Positions 20,198 to 29,897 of a DNA stretch of 64,000 nt are shown here, piece after piece. The notes under the pieces are model-generated. The model was not told the origin of the DNA. It saw nothing but the letters and a program-made list of their open reading frames with translations, and made no database searches. The stretch comes from Polyangiales bacterium. Its GTDB lineage: Bacteria > Myxococcota_A > Polyangia > Polyangiales > Ga0077539. Numbering within the stretch: position 1 is the first letter of the stretch; each line of letters begins with the position of its first letter. A program made the translations under genes and the position numbers. The stretch is taken from the NCBI GenBank assembly GCA_044229975.1, contig JBGARZ010000022.1, forward strand, positions 1-64,000. Direction: 5' to 3'.

Positions 20198-21172
20198 TCA
20201 GTCGACGGGGAGGATGCGGAGGCGGTGGGTGGTTCCGTCGGCGGGGGTGGCGTCGTGGTCGGCGACGAAGAGGCGGCGGTGGACGGCGTCGTAGGCGAGG
20301 CCGCGGGTCTGCTGGAAGCCGCCCTGAAACACGGTCACCGACGAGCCGTCGGCGGAGACGCGGTAGACGTTGCCGGTGGTGCTGCCGACGAAGACGGTTC
20401 CGTCGGGCGTGACGGTGAGGAGGTCGGGGGACATCACCGTCGCGAAGAGGCTGGGCGTGCCGCCAGTGCGAGGGGCGCGCAGGAGCTGGTTCTGGTCCTG
20501 ATCGGCGACGAGGAGATCATCGCCGAGCACGGCGATGCCCACGGGCTTGCGGAGCATCGGGAGCACCTCGGCCTCGGTGCCGTTGAGCGTGAGGCGCGCG
20601 ACGCTCCCCACACGGGCGCCTCCGGCGATGCGGAGGAAGTAGCTCACGTAGAGGGTGTCGTCGGCGGCGACGGCGAGGCCGAGGCTACGGCGCGTGACGT
20701 CGAGGCCGGGGATGTTGGCGGCGGTTCCGTCGGGGCGGACGGCGATGACGGCGCCGGCGGTTCCGCCGCCGAAGCGGATGACGAGGAGGGTGCCGTCGCG
20801 GAGGAGAAGAAGCTGGCCGAGCCCCACGAGGTCGGGCGCGATGGCCGGGAGCGCGACGGGGGTGAGGAAGCCAGCGGCGTCCTGCCAGCGGAGGATGCGG
20901 TTGTTGTCGTCGTCGGCGATGAAGAGCGTGCCCGAGGCGGCGTCCCAGGTGAGTCCGTTGGGGTCGCCATCGAGGGCGATGCTCATGGGGCCGCGCTCGA
21001 CGGTTTTGGCGTCGGGAGTGCCTGCGTCGACGACGGCGGGGGTGCCGATGGCGGTGGAGACGTCGGTGACGACGGCGACGTCGGTGACCGCGGCGTCGGC
21101 GGGAGCGGGGCGCTCGTCGATGCAGCCGAGGGCGAGGGCGAGGGGAGCGCAACAGAGGAGGCGACGGATCAC
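20198..21172 (-). CDS. Lipoprotein, SMP-30/NHL-like beta-propeller
   Basis: LALGC lipobox; DPNGLTWD...LFIADDDNNRI, KPVGIAV...LVADQ, TRGLAYD. Confidence 0.75.
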   Translation of the reverse strand: MIRRLLCCAPLALALGCIDERPAPADAAVTDVAVVTDVSTAIGTPAVVDAGTPDAKTVERGPMSIALDGDPNGLTWDAASGTLFIADDDNNRILRWQDAAGFLTPVALPAIAPDLVGLGQLLLLRDGTLLVIRFGGGTAGAVIAVRPDGTAANIPGLDVTRRSLGLAVAADDTLYVSYFLRIAGGARVGSVARLTLNGTEAEVLPMLRKPVGIAVLGDDLLVADQDQNQLLRAPRTGGTPSLFATVMSPDLLTVTPDGTVFVGSTTGNVYRVSADGSSVTVFQGGFQQTRGLAYDAVHRRLFVADHDATPADGTTHRLRILPVD

Positions 21173-21260
21173 GGTCCGTGGGTGCCATCGACCACGGACG
21201 CGAAGGTCAATGAGGTCGGCGCCCATCGCTCGGTGAGCGTTCTTCGCGGGGAGCAAAGGG

Positions 21261-21417
21261 GCCGCCAGGGCGCAGGGGTCGCAAGGAGGAGTGCTCACGG
21301 CGAATGGGTATTGGGCTTTGCGACGAAGGTTGAAGCGGGCGGTCGGTGCGAGCGATCCGATCAATCCTCCGTCCTGCCCATCTTCCTTCTCCCTTGCGAC
21401 CCCTGCGCCCTTGCGGC
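21261..21417. repeat. Intergenic inverted repeat with 26-bp arms
   Basis: gccgccagggcgcaggggtcgcaagg (21261-21286) versus ccttgcgacccctgcgcccttgcggc (21392-21417), 1 mismatch. Confidence 0.8.
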
Positions 21418-21420
21418 TTC

Positions 21421-21861
21421 TCACTCGCACGCGCCCGCGTGGGCGAGGCGGGTGCGCGCCGCGCGGGCCCAGCAGGCGTTGGAGTAGGTGATCCCGTTGC
21501 AGCCGCAGGCCGTCGCCAGCTCGCCGGTGCAGCCGCGCCCCGCGAGGCTGACGCATGCCCCCAGGGAGTCGCACGTCGCCCCATCGCAGAACTCCTCAGC
21601 GGTCGGACAGTCGACGTCGTGCCGACAGAGCCCGCTGGAGTTGGCGGGCGCGGGACCGCAGCAGTCGGGACAGGTCGTGGCGTCGTAACAGAAGCCGGTG
21701 ATCGCGCAGCACGCCGCCCCCTTGGGGCACTGCGAGTCGAAGCCGCACGGGAGGTTGGAGACCCGAGGCCAACCCGCGCCGGCGTCACCGGGGCGGGGGA
21801 TGCGCGACGGAGGTCCACGAGAATGCCGCGGATAGGAAGGGCAGCGGGCCGCGTCCGTCAA
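21421..21861 (-). CDS. Cys-rich protein with C-terminal Kazal-like domain
   Basis: ACGCNGITYSNACWA...HAGAC. Start uncertain. Confidence 0.65.
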   Translation of the reverse strand: MTDAARCPSYPRHSRGPPSRIPRPGDAGAGWPRVSNLPCGFDSQCPKGAACCAITGFCYDATTCPDCCGPAPANSSGLCRHDVDCPTAEEFCDGATCDSLGACVSLAGRGCTGELATACGCNGITYSNACWARAARTRLAHAGACE

Positions 21862-21867
21862 GCGCGC

Positions 21868-23187
21868 TCAGCGCACCGGGAGGTTCACGCCGTTCTCTTC
21901 GCAGACCGTGATGAGGTTGCGGTGCGCCAGCCGGAACAGCGGCGCGGCCCACGAGCTGGGCGCCGTCGGCCAGTCGCGCAGCACGCACGCGCGCACCGTC
22001 GACACCGTGGCGCTGTTCGGCCAGAGCATCGTCAGCGTGATGCCCGGCGGGAGCGGCGGCCGTGCTTGTGCGCGCCACGACGTCCCGTCGAAGCCGTAGC
22101 CCTCCCACACCACCATGTCGCCGAACGACACCGTGAACGCCGCCCGACTCCACGCCTGCGCGTCGGCGCTTAGCGCCGCCTCACCCGCGGGACCGATCGT
22201 CGTCGCGAGGTCCGTCACCGTGCCAAACGCCGGCACCACTCCACGAAACGACGGTCGCGTCGTGACCGAACCCCGCACCGGCGCGGGCCCGTCGAAGCGC
22301 ACCGTCGTGGAGATGAGGTCGGGCGCGAGGTCGCCTTCGAAGGCTTCGATGGTCCAGCGCGCTGCCGACGGATCAGTGGGTCGCCGGAGCTGCGAGCGCC
22401 CGACCTCGGCGAGATCGGTCCCGGTCCCGACGTACTCCACTCGCGCGACGATGCCGGCGAGCACTTCGCCGAAGGTCGCCGCGGTCACCCGCCCGATGGA
22501 TGGCAGGTCCACGCGCAGCTCCTGCACCACGGCCGCTGTGGCCGGCGTCGGGAACTCGACCACCACCGGCGTTCCGTCGAAGGCGAGCGGCGCCGAGAGC
22601 GCCCCGTTGACGAAGCCGGTCTCGCCTTCGCGTTCGATCGCGATGAGACGCGAGGGCGGCGCGCCCGGCCACGTCTGGAAGAACACCGAGAAGTCCTCGC
22701 TCGGCGTCGACGAGTTGCCCGGTCCCCCTTCCAGCAGCACCAGCGCACCCGCTCGCGTTCGGCCGCGAATGACGCCCGACACCATCACGTCGCGCACCTC
22801 GGGCGGCGGCGTCCCGAGCGTCCCGCGCAGGTACACCTCCGTCATCGTCGGGACCGGAACACCCAGCAGCGACACGGCGCTGTGGTCGGGCTCGGCGGCG
22901 GAGACGTTCCATCGGCGCGAGGCGTCGAGCGGGAGGTGCACCCACCCCGTGGCGTCGGTGAGCGCGTCGACCGTCTGCCCGCTTCCATCGCTCGCCCGCA
23001 CCCGCACGCCCGCGCGGTACGTCGGCGGAAACAGCGGCCCCAGGCCCACGCGCAGCGACAGGGTCGGTCCCGTCGCGTCGATCGTCGGCGCGCTCGCATC
23101 TTCTGCGCGGCCGTTCGTCGCGGTGGCGGTCGCGGCGCACCCGACGCCGCACGCCAGCAGTCCGATGAGGCCCAGCGTCCGTCCCAT
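21868..23187 (-). CDS. Lipoprotein, hypothetical
   Basis: MGRTLGLIGLLACGVGC leader; long plausible ORF. Confidence 0.6.
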   Translation of the reverse strand: MGRTLGLIGLLACGVGCAATATATNGRAEDASAPTIDATGPTLSLRVGLGPLFPPTYRAGVRVRASDGSGQTVDALTDATGWVHLPLDASRRWNVSAAEPDHSAVSLLGVPVPTMTEVYLRGTLGTPPPEVRDVMVSGVIRGRTRAGALVLLEGGPGNSSTPSEDFSVFFQTWPGAPPSRLIAIEREGETGFVNGALSAPLAFDGTPVVVEFPTPATAAVVQELRVDLPSIGRVTAATFGEVLAGIVARVEYVGTGTDLAEVGRSQLRRPTDPSAARWTIEAFEGDLAPDLISTTVRFDGPAPVRGSVTTRPSFRGVVPAFGTVTDLATTIGPAGEAALSADAQAWSRAAFTVSFGDMVVWEGYGFDGTSWRAQARPPLPPGITLTMLWPNSATVSTVRACVLRDWPTAPSSWAAPLFRLAHRNLITVCEENGVNLPVR

Positions 23188-23207
23188 GGGTCGAGTGTAC
23201 GGGAAGC

Positions 23208-24377
23208 TCATTGCGTTCGCAGATGCGTCAGCAGCGCCGCGCGGTCGTCCGTCGTCAGGTCGAGCCCGTAGGCGTGCCCGCGCACCGCGCCCACCCCGCG
23301 CGGCCCCACGTAGTCGTCCCGCAGCCGCGCCGGATCGAAGAGCCCGTCGAGTCCCCGCACCGCCCCGTCGTGCAGCAGCCACCCGCGCTCGTTCACTCCG
23401 CGGAGCGAAGGCACCCGGTAGCTCCCCGTCCCGCGCGTTGCCGTGCGCGCGAGCCTCGGATCGGTGCCCACCACCTCCGCCGCGACGAGCCCGCCACCGA
23501 GCGTTGGCGGCGCGTGACAGCTCGCACACCGCTCCGCGAACACCGCCTCCCCGCGCGCGCCCGTCGACGCACCTCGCGGGAGCATCTCGGCCAGGCTTTC
23601 GAGGTACAGCGCGAGCCCCAGCGCGACCTCCCTCGGCGGCCGCACGACCTCGTGATGCGACGTGATGAGCAGCGTCTCCACCCGTATCGCCAGCGACACC
23701 ACCGACCTTCGCCGCACCGCCCCCGCCCGCTGCAAGAACGCCTGCTCTCCCACCGCGCGCAGGTCGGGCGTCGCGAGCGCTTCGCTGCCGTCGTGGGTGG
23801 TCACGTCGACGCGCCCGCGGCCCCACGCGCCGAGGTCGAGGTCGGCGTTGGCGAGGCCCGCGACCAGCGCGCCGTCGCGAATCGACGCGTGGCAGGTCGC
23901 GCAGGAGTAGGCGAGCCCGACGCTGCCATCGGCGAGGGCGACGCGCACGAGGCCACCGAGCGCTCCGTCCGACGACACCCAGAAGCCGTAGCGGGTGGGC
24001 CCGCCGGGCTCCCGCAGCGCGGCTTCGACGGCGGGCGAGGCCAGCATGGCGGGGTAGCGGAAGAAGGCGCGCTCGCCCAACGCACGGAGCGCCGCGAGGT
24101 CACCCGTCGTCGGGAGGTCGAGCGAGCGCGCGGCGTCGTCGCGGCCGACGGGCGTGGTCGGAGGGTTCCAGACGGGCAAACGCGACCAGTCGTCGGGGGC
24201 GCCGGTGTCGTAGCGGGCGAGCCGCAGCCGGGCGTAGTCGTTGTCGACGGTGGTGAGCGAGGCGACGAGCTCGCTGCGTCGCCACGCGGCGTCGCGGAGG
24301 TATCGCGACGGGTCGAGCGTTGGTTCGTCTCCGCACGATGTCGCGGCGACGAAGACGAGCGAGGCTAGCCGGCGCAT
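23208..24377 (-). CDS. Di-heme c-type cytochrome lipoprotein (RoxA / di-heme peroxidase-like)
   Basis: CATCH and CASCH; YRVPSLRGV...LLHDGAV; RGHAYG. Confidence 0.75.
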   Translation of the reverse strand: MRRLASLVFVAATSCGDEPTLDPSRYLRDAAWRRSELVASLTTVDNDYARLRLARYDTGAPDDWSRLPVWNPPTTPVGRDDAARSLDLPTTGDLAALRALGERAFFRYPAMLASPAVEAALREPGGPTRYGFWVSSDGALGGLVRVALADGSVGLAYSCATCHASIRDGALVAGLANADLDLGAWGRGRVDVTTHDGSEALATPDLRAVGEQAFLQRAGAVRRRSVVSLAIRVETLLITSHHEVVRPPREVALGLALYLESLAEMLPRGASTGARGEAVFAERCASCHAPPTLGGGLVAAEVVGTDPRLARTATRGTGSYRVPSLRGVNERGWLLHDGAVRGLDGLFDPARLRDDYVGPRGVGAVRGHAYGLDLTTDDRAALLTHLRTQ

Positions 24378-25045
24378 CCCTGGTTGGAACACACCCAACG
24401 GCCGACCTCGCGCGCGAACATGCAGTAGGGCCGCTGCCCCAGGAAGCCCGCGTCGCCGAGGCAGTCGGCGTCGTCGATGCACTCGTCGGCGGGGGTGTGG
24501 CAGTAGTAGCCGACGGTTCCGCCGAAGTCGCCGCAGGAGCCGAGCGAGGGCGAGCAGTAGCCCTCGGCGCCGCAGTTGGCGTCGACCTGACAGTTGCCCG
24601 CCATGCACACGTTGGCGCCCGACGCGCCGCGCGATGCGAGGCGGCACTCACACGGCCCACCCGCGGAGCACTGGCCATCGTTGTTGCAGAGGTCGTAGTT
24701 GCAGCGGCAGCCGTCGTGGGGATTGCCGACGCAGCGCCCGTTGACGCCCATCGTGCACTGGCTGTCCGCGGTGCAGTCCACGGGCGGACCCATGCCCGCC
24801 ATGCAGGAGCTCGCGGGACGCTCCGTCGAACACGCCACCGCGCTCGCCCGGTGCCGCAGCGGAACCCGTCGCGTGGGCGGAACGTCGACCGCCGGAGGCG
24901 CGTCCATGACGGGAGCGTCGGTGAGCGGTCGATCAGCGACGGGAGTGTCCGTGAGCGCGACGTCCGTCGAAGCGTCGCCCACCGCGACGACCGTGGAGCT
25001 GCACCCGAGCATCGCGAGCACCGCGACGGTGGCGAGCGGGCGCAT
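24365..25045 (-). CDS. Cys-rich lipoprotein
   Basis: AMLGC lipobox; repeated CxxDxxC units. Confidence 0.7.
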   Translation of the reverse strand: MRPLATVAVLAMLGCSSTVVAVGDASTDVALTDTPVADRPLTDAPVMDAPPAVDVPPTRRVPLRHRASAVACSTERPASSCMAGMGPPVDCTADSQCTMGVNGRCVGNPHDGCRCNYDLCNNDGQCSAGGPCECRLASRGASGANVCMAGNCQVDANCGAEGYCSPSLGSCGDFGGTVGYYCHTPADECIDDADCLGDAGFLGQRPYCMFAREVGRWVCSNQGCAG

Positions 25046-25458
25046 CAGTCGACCCGCCTGGGCGTGTGCTCGGCGAGCAGCGCGAGGATGCGGTTGAAGT
25101 TCACCGGCTTCACCAGGTAGTGGACGCAGCCCGCGCGCTGGAGTCGCTCGCGGTCTTCCACGCGGTCGTAGCCCGACACGGCGACCACGAGCGGCGACGC
25201 GGCGTGGCGTGCCGCGTGGAGCGCTTCGGCGACCTCGATGCCGTTCATCCCCGGCAGGCCAAGGTCGAGCAGCACGACGTCGGGTCGGTCGCTCGTCACC
25301 GACGTGAGCGCGCTCGGGCCATCGTTGGCGATGGTGACCTCGTGGCCGTACATGCGGAGCATCTCGGCGGTCATCTCGGCGACGTCGTCGCTGTCGTCGA
25401 CCACCAGGACACGAAGGCCAATGTTGGGGGAGGAATCAGTAGGCGGGGGCGGAAGCAT
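25045..25458 (-). CDS. Single-domain response regulator
   Basis: RVLVVDD, DVVLLDLGLPGMNG, YLVKPV. Confidence 0.9.
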   Translation of the reverse strand: MLPPPPTDSSPNIGLRVLVVDDSDDVAEMTAEMLRMYGHEVTIANDGPSALTSVTSDRPDVVLLDLGLPGMNGIEVAEALHAARHAASPLVVAVSGYDRVEDRERLQRAGCVHYLVKPVNFNRILALLAEHTPRRVD

Positions 25459-25512
25459 GGCCGCCGATTCTAAGGGTCGCGGCCCGAACCGCAACGCCCG
25501 TCGACGCGGTCG

Positions 25513-26145
25513 TCACTCCTTCGGAGCGCGGTGCGAGAGGCCCGGCGTGCGGGTCTTGGCGTGCGATCCGCTCCCGCCGCCGCCTCGGCTGCTCGGGTTC
25601 GGCTCCGGGGTGGCGTCGCCGTTGTGGAGGACACCGTGCGCGGCTTCTTCCACGGAGTGCACCGCGCCGCGGGCCGTCGTCTCGACGTCCTTCGCGATGG
25701 TGCGGGCGCGGTTCTCGACGTCGTGGGCCACGTCGAGGGCGCGGGTGCCGACCTCGTCGACGACCTCCTCCGCATCGCGGCGCAGGGACTTCACGCTCTT
25801 CTGGATGAGCGCGCGGTTCTGCGCGCCCGAGCGCGGCGAGAAGAGCATCGCGACGCCCGCTCCGACGGCCGCGCCCACGGCCACGAGCCCGACGCCCGTC
25901 GCGATGCGCGAGAAGGTGCTGGGGCGGCGCTGGAGGCCCATCGCGCCGAGGACCCAGTTCATCGGAACGTCCGGGTTGAGCACCTTCGAGATGGCCTTCG
26001 CGGACGTGGCCGCGGCGACGACCTTGGAGAGCGTGGCGATCCTGTCGGTCGCGGCGCTCACCGGGCCGTGGAGGGCCTCCTGGCCCTGCTCAAGGGCGTC
26101 GGCGGCGAGGTGGGAGAGGTTCGACTTCACGGTGTTGATGTTCAT
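25513..26145 (-). CDS. YtxH domain protein
   Basis: GAAVGAGVAMLFSPRSGAQNR. Confidence 0.8.
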   Translation of the reverse strand: MNINTVKSNLSHLAADALEQGQEALHGPVSAATDRIATLSKVVAAATSAKAISKVLNPDVPMNWVLGAMGLQRRPSTFSRIATGVGLVAVGAAVGAGVAMLFSPRSGAQNRALIQKSVKSLRRDAEEVVDEVGTRALDVAHDVENRARTIAKDVETTARGAVHSVEEAAHGVLHNGDATPEPNPSSRGGGGSGSHAKTRTPGLSHRAPKE

Positions 26146-26193
26146 GGTGTTGGCTCCGTCGTTGGGTGTTTGAAGGTCGTAGGGGGTGACGAC

Positions 26194-26580
26194 TCAGCGC
26201 GCTCGGCTCTGCGGGTCGCGCTCGGCCGTCTGCGGCACCGGCCGGTCGTCGCGTCCGACGCCGGCGCCGATGCCCCGGTGGTCGCCCACGCTTGCCTCTT
26301 CGGCCGCCGCGGCGAGGGGCGCGGAGTTGCCGCCCTCGGAGACGAAGCGCGAGATCTCGTCGTCGGTGCGCGCCTGGTCGTAGCCGTAGGTCTTCGAGAT
26401 GCGCTGCGAGAGCTCGTCGTAGCGACCGTCGACGGCATGAACGTCCTCGTCGGTGAGCCGATCGAACTTCGCGCGGACGGTGGTCTTGAGGTGGTTCCAC
26501 TCGCCGGCGATGCGGTCGCGGATGCTGGCGAGGGTGACGTTTTCGCGGGGTGCCGGGTTGGTCTTGCTCATAGGGTTCAT
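26194..26580 (-). CDS. CsbD family stress protein
   Basis: DRIAGEWNHLK...KFDRLTDEDV...GRYDEL...YG. Confidence 0.75.
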   Translation of the reverse strand: MNPMSKTNPAPRENVTLASIRDRIAGEWNHLKTTVRAKFDRLTDEDVHAVDGRYDELSQRISKTYGYDQARTDDEISRFVSEGGNSAPLAAAAEEASVGDHRGIGAGVGRDDRPVPQTAERDPQSRAR

Positions 26581-26736
26581 CTGCTCCGATGGGGTCACTG
26601 GTTGGACCGGCCGTACTCTTCGTCCCGGTCGGCGACTCACACTCAGCAGGGTTGATGCCGACCCTGAAATCCACGCATCTGCCGTTGCGTCGTGCTCACT
26701 CCCGCCACAGTCGTGGCGAGCGCGAGCACACTCGCG

Positions 26737-27354
26737 TCACGTGAACTCCCGCAGCGGCGACGGGAGCGGTGCGATCGGATCAGGCGGCGCGACGCCCGTC
26801 GGCGCGAGCGCGGTGTCCGCCGAGTGCGCCGCTGGGTTGTCGGTCACGGGCGTCGTCACGAAGCTCACCTCGGGGACGTCCGACACCCGGTCGAGCACCT
26901 CGGGACCGCGCTGCGCCTCGGCGGCCTCCAGCGCCCGCGTGACGATGGCGCGCGCGGCCTCCGACGCGACGGACATCACCAGCGACCCGACGGCCTCGCT
27001 CACCAGTCGCGACAGCAGCGACGGCTGCGGCGGCATCGCGTACTTGAACCACGCCTGCTGGAGCAGCTTGAGCGGTCGGCGCCGCTCGCGTTGGCGGTGC
27101 TGTACGAGCAGCGCGACGGCCGTGACGAGACCGCCCGCCGCCGCGCCGAGGAGGGCGTTGCGCACCGCCCCGCCGCTGGGCTCGGGCGCGTCATTGGCCG
27201 AATGCGGAACCAGCGCTGCGACGTCCTCGACGACGTGGGTGACCGCCTGACGCCTGCGGTCGATGGCGCCGAGCGCGCGCGTCAGTCGATTGACGATGAG
27301 GTCTCGCTTGCGGGTGAGCGTCTCGTGGTTGTCGTCGTGGGAATCCGTGCTCAT
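26737..27354 (-). CDS. Hypothetical membrane-anchored protein
   Basis: Overlaps the holin-X gene by 4 bp; one TM segment. Confidence 0.6.
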   Translation of the reverse strand: MSTDSHDDNHETLTRKRDLIVNRLTRALGAIDRRRQAVTHVVEDVAALVPHSANDAPEPSGGAVRNALLGAAAGGLVTAVALLVQHRQRERRRPLKLLQQAWFKYAMPPQPSLLSRLVSEAVGSLVMSVASEAARAIVTRALEAAEAQRGPEVLDRVSDVPEVSFVTTPVTDNPAAHSADTALAPTGVAPPDPIAPLPSPLREFT

Positions 27355-27731
27355 GCGATCGCCTCCTTGATGCGCCGCACGTCGGACTCGACGCGCGCCC
27401 TGGTCTTGTTCAACACCCCCGCGGGGACGGCCTTCGCGCCGAGCACCCCCGCCGCCAACGCCGCCAGCAGCAGCACCCCGCCGACGCTCACCATCACCAC
27501 CGCCCCGCCGCCCAGCGCCATCACCAACGCGGTGACCAGCACCGCGAGCGACACCGTCACCAGCACCAGCGCCACGGCCGCAAGAACCACCGCGCGCTTC
27601 ACGCTGGCGAGCTCTCCCAGCGCCTCGTTCTTCGCCAGCGCGATCTCCACCTGGACGAGCTCGCGCCCTTCTCGCAGCGTCTCCGCGAGCAGCTCGGTCA
27701 GGGGCGCGTCGTCCACTCGGTTCGTATTCAT
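27351..27731 (-). CDS. Holin-X / YhjD-like (phage holin family) membrane protein
   Basis: ELVQVEIALAKNE followed by two TM helices and T...VESDV tail. Confidence 0.8.
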   Translation of the reverse strand: MNTNRVDDAPLTELLAETLREGRELVQVEIALAKNEALGELASVKRAVVLAAVALVLVTVSLAVLVTALVMALGGGAVVMVSVGGVLLLAALAAGVLGAKAVPAGVLNKTRARVESDVRRIKEAIA

Positions 27732-27753
27732 CGTCGGTCTCCGTCTCGGTGGT

Positions 27754-28794
27754 TCAGGTGCCGTGGGGCAGCGGGAGGCTGTCGCGATAGGACGGCCGGT
27801 CGGTCGGTCGGCGGGTCTGCGTCGGCGGGCGACCGAGCACCTTCGTCATGAGCGAGTCGACCTCGTCGCCCTTCAGCCGCTGGCGCAGCAGGTCGCTGAG
27901 CTCGTTCGCCCAGGGCTTGCCCTCGGCCGCGCGAATGGCCTCCGCGAACATCACCGCCGACGCCGCGTGGCTCTCGCTCTCCGCCTGGAGCTTCCGCGAC
28001 TTCATGATGAGCCGCACGACCCACAGCGCGAGCAGGAAGGCTACGGCCCCCACCGCGATGGCCGTCCACTGCAACGCCTTGAGCCCGTCCGACGTCGCGC
28101 TGGTGATGCGCCCCAGGAACGAAGTCTGCCCGCGCTCCTGCTGCCGCTGGAGCTGCGTGATGGCGTCGTTGCTGCCGAGCACCACCTCGCGCGTCATCGA
28201 TCGCCCGACGAGGCCGAGCGCGTGCATCGTCTCCGGGTCGAGCAGCGCGTTGCGCATCGCCGGGGCGAGGTCGCGCGTCACGCCTTCCGCCATCCCGCGG
28301 CTCGCGGCCTCCACGGTGGCGCGGGTGAGCCCGCTCGCGACGCGCTCCATGTCGCGCTGGTAGTTCTCGCTGAGGGCCTCGCGGATGGTGCTCGTCACCG
28401 TCTCGCGCATCACCTGGGCGATGGCCGGACCGAGGTCGCGCCGCAGCCCGTCGGACATCGCCCGCGTGACGGCGCGGGTGATGGTCGCGACGTAGCGGGT
28501 GGACATCGCCTCGATGCGAGCGAGGCGCTCGGGCTCCGTCATCGCGGTCAAGGTCCCGTCGGCGATCTCGCTCGCGAAGGCCCGCGCCGCCTCGTGCATC
28601 TGCGGGCTGTCGAGGAGCTGAACCATCAGCCGCTGGTTGTCCTGATCGTTCAGGGCGCTGAGGGTCGAGTGGATGGCCGCCGGGGGTGAGGCAGAAGCGA
28701 CGTCGTGTGCGAGGCCCCGTGGCGTCAGCGCACACCCGAACGCGCCGAGCGCGCACCCCACGACGACCAGAAGAGCAGAGAGGCGAGTGAGCAT
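27754..28794 (-). CDS. Helical lipoprotein with C-terminal TM, hypothetical
   Basis: GAFGC lipobox; helical body. Confidence 0.65.
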   Translation of the reverse strand: MLTRLSALLVVVGCALGAFGCALTPRGLAHDVASASPPAAIHSTLSALNDQDNQRLMVQLLDSPQMHEAARAFASEIADGTLTAMTEPERLARIEAMSTRYVATITRAVTRAMSDGLRRDLGPAIAQVMRETVTSTIREALSENYQRDMERVASGLTRATVEAASRGMAEGVTRDLAPAMRNALLDPETMHALGLVGRSMTREVVLGSNDAITQLQRQQERGQTSFLGRITSATSDGLKALQWTAIAVGAVAFLLALWVVRLIMKSRKLQAESESHAASAVMFAEAIRAAEGKPWANELSDLLRQRLKGDEVDSLMTKVLGRPPTQTRRPTDRPSYRDSLPLPHGT

Positions 28795-28892
28795 CGTGCG
28801 CTCGCCCATCGCACGCGGAGTGCCAGCACCACGGCCACCTCGATGGCACGCGTGGTGCTCAAGGGTTCGCCTCGTCCCAAAGGAGGTTTGCC

Positions 28893-29381
28893 ATGATGAA
28901 GACTCTCTCGATGCTGTGTGCGCTCGGTGCGCTCTCGTTCGGATGTGCGAGCACCCCGGCCCCCGAGCCGGCTGATCCCGCGATGCGGGCGAGGGCCACC
29001 GCGCAGGCGCCGACGCCCGAGCCGCAGCGCATCGCCACCAACACCCGTTGCAACGACTGGGAGGTGTTCTTCGCGACGGGGTCGGCGGAGGTGTCACCGA
29101 CCGCGCGCGCGGTGCTGGGTGGTCTCGCCGACTGCATCCAGCGCGGCGACGTGCGCGACGTCTCCATCGTCGGCAGCGCCGACCCGCGCGGCGGACAGAT
29201 GGACAACCTGGAGCTCGGCAACCAGCGCGCGCAGGCCATCCGCGATGTGCTGGTGTCCCGCGGCTGCGACCCGTCGGTGGTGCGCACCGCGAGCGTCGGC
29301 GAGGCCCGCACCTCGGGCTCACCCGAGACCTACGCGCTCGAGCGCCACGCGAGCGTCCGCACGCGCGATCAGCTCCGCTGA
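28893..29381 (+). CDS. OmpA family lipoprotein
   Basis: VFFATGSAEV, IVGSADPRG, NLELGNQRAQAI. Confidence 0.85.
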   Translation: MMKTLSMLCALGALSFGCASTPAPEPADPAMRARATAQAPTPEPQRIATNTRCNDWEVFFATGSAEVSPTARAVLGGLADCIQRGDVRDVSIVGSADPRGGQMDNLELGNQRAQAIRDVLVSRGCDPSVVRTASVGEARTSGSPETYALERHASVRTRDQLR

Positions 29382-29510
29382 CCCTTCCCCCCTCACGCGC
29401 TCCTTCGACCCGTCGACCCAACGCGTCCTTACCCGAAGGGACGCGCCCGCCCACGCCGCAGTTCCCGACCTGGGTCGACGTGCCGAAGCCGTCGCGGTCG
29501 CAAAGCGCCC

Positions 29511-29562
29511 AAACACGAAAGCCCCGGGCGGCGCGCTCGGCACCACCCCGGGGCTCTCGTGT
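29511..29562 (-). terminator. Probable intrinsic terminator between convergent ompA-like and DUF1328 genes
   Basis: 16-bp stem acacgaaagccccggg / cccggggctctcgtgt, U-rich 3' end on the minus strand. Confidence 0.6.
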
Positions 29563-29582
29563 GTCGCGGTCTTCTCAGCGCA

Positions 29583-29747
29583 TCAGGTCGAGCGGCGTCC
29601 GTGCATGAAGAACGACACCACCGCCATCGCCAGGGCGACGACGCAGAGGATCTTCGCGATGCCCGCGGCGCTCGCCGCGAGGCCACCAAACCCGAGGACC
29701 GCAGCGATGATCGCCACGACGAAGAAGACGAGCGCGTAGTGCAGCAT
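29583..29747 (-). CDS. DUF1328 (UPF0391) small membrane protein
   Basis: [34 protein letters not shown]. Confidence 0.92.
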   Translation of the reverse strand: MLHYALVFFVVAIIAAVLGFGGLAASAAGIAKILCVVALAMAVVSFFMHGRRST

Positions 29748-29897
29748 GGTGGAGACTCCTGTGGTTGACGCGCCGACGTTCTCGTCAGCCCGTTGCCACA
29801 CCCCTTCGCAGAAAGCGGGCCACCCCCCAACCAGCCCCGCGCGCCACACATCGCGTGCGCTGTCGCCACGCCTGTGGCGTCACACCACGGGCGCTCG

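Noticed and set aside
16537..20412. 1291-aa ORF and many other long Arg/Ala/Pro-rich ORFs
   Set aside because: Shadow frames of high-GC genes; they overlap well-supported genes.
27351..27731. Holin as a sign of a prophage
   Set aside because: Holin-X/YhjD-like genes are common chromosomal genes, and there are no phage genes nearby.
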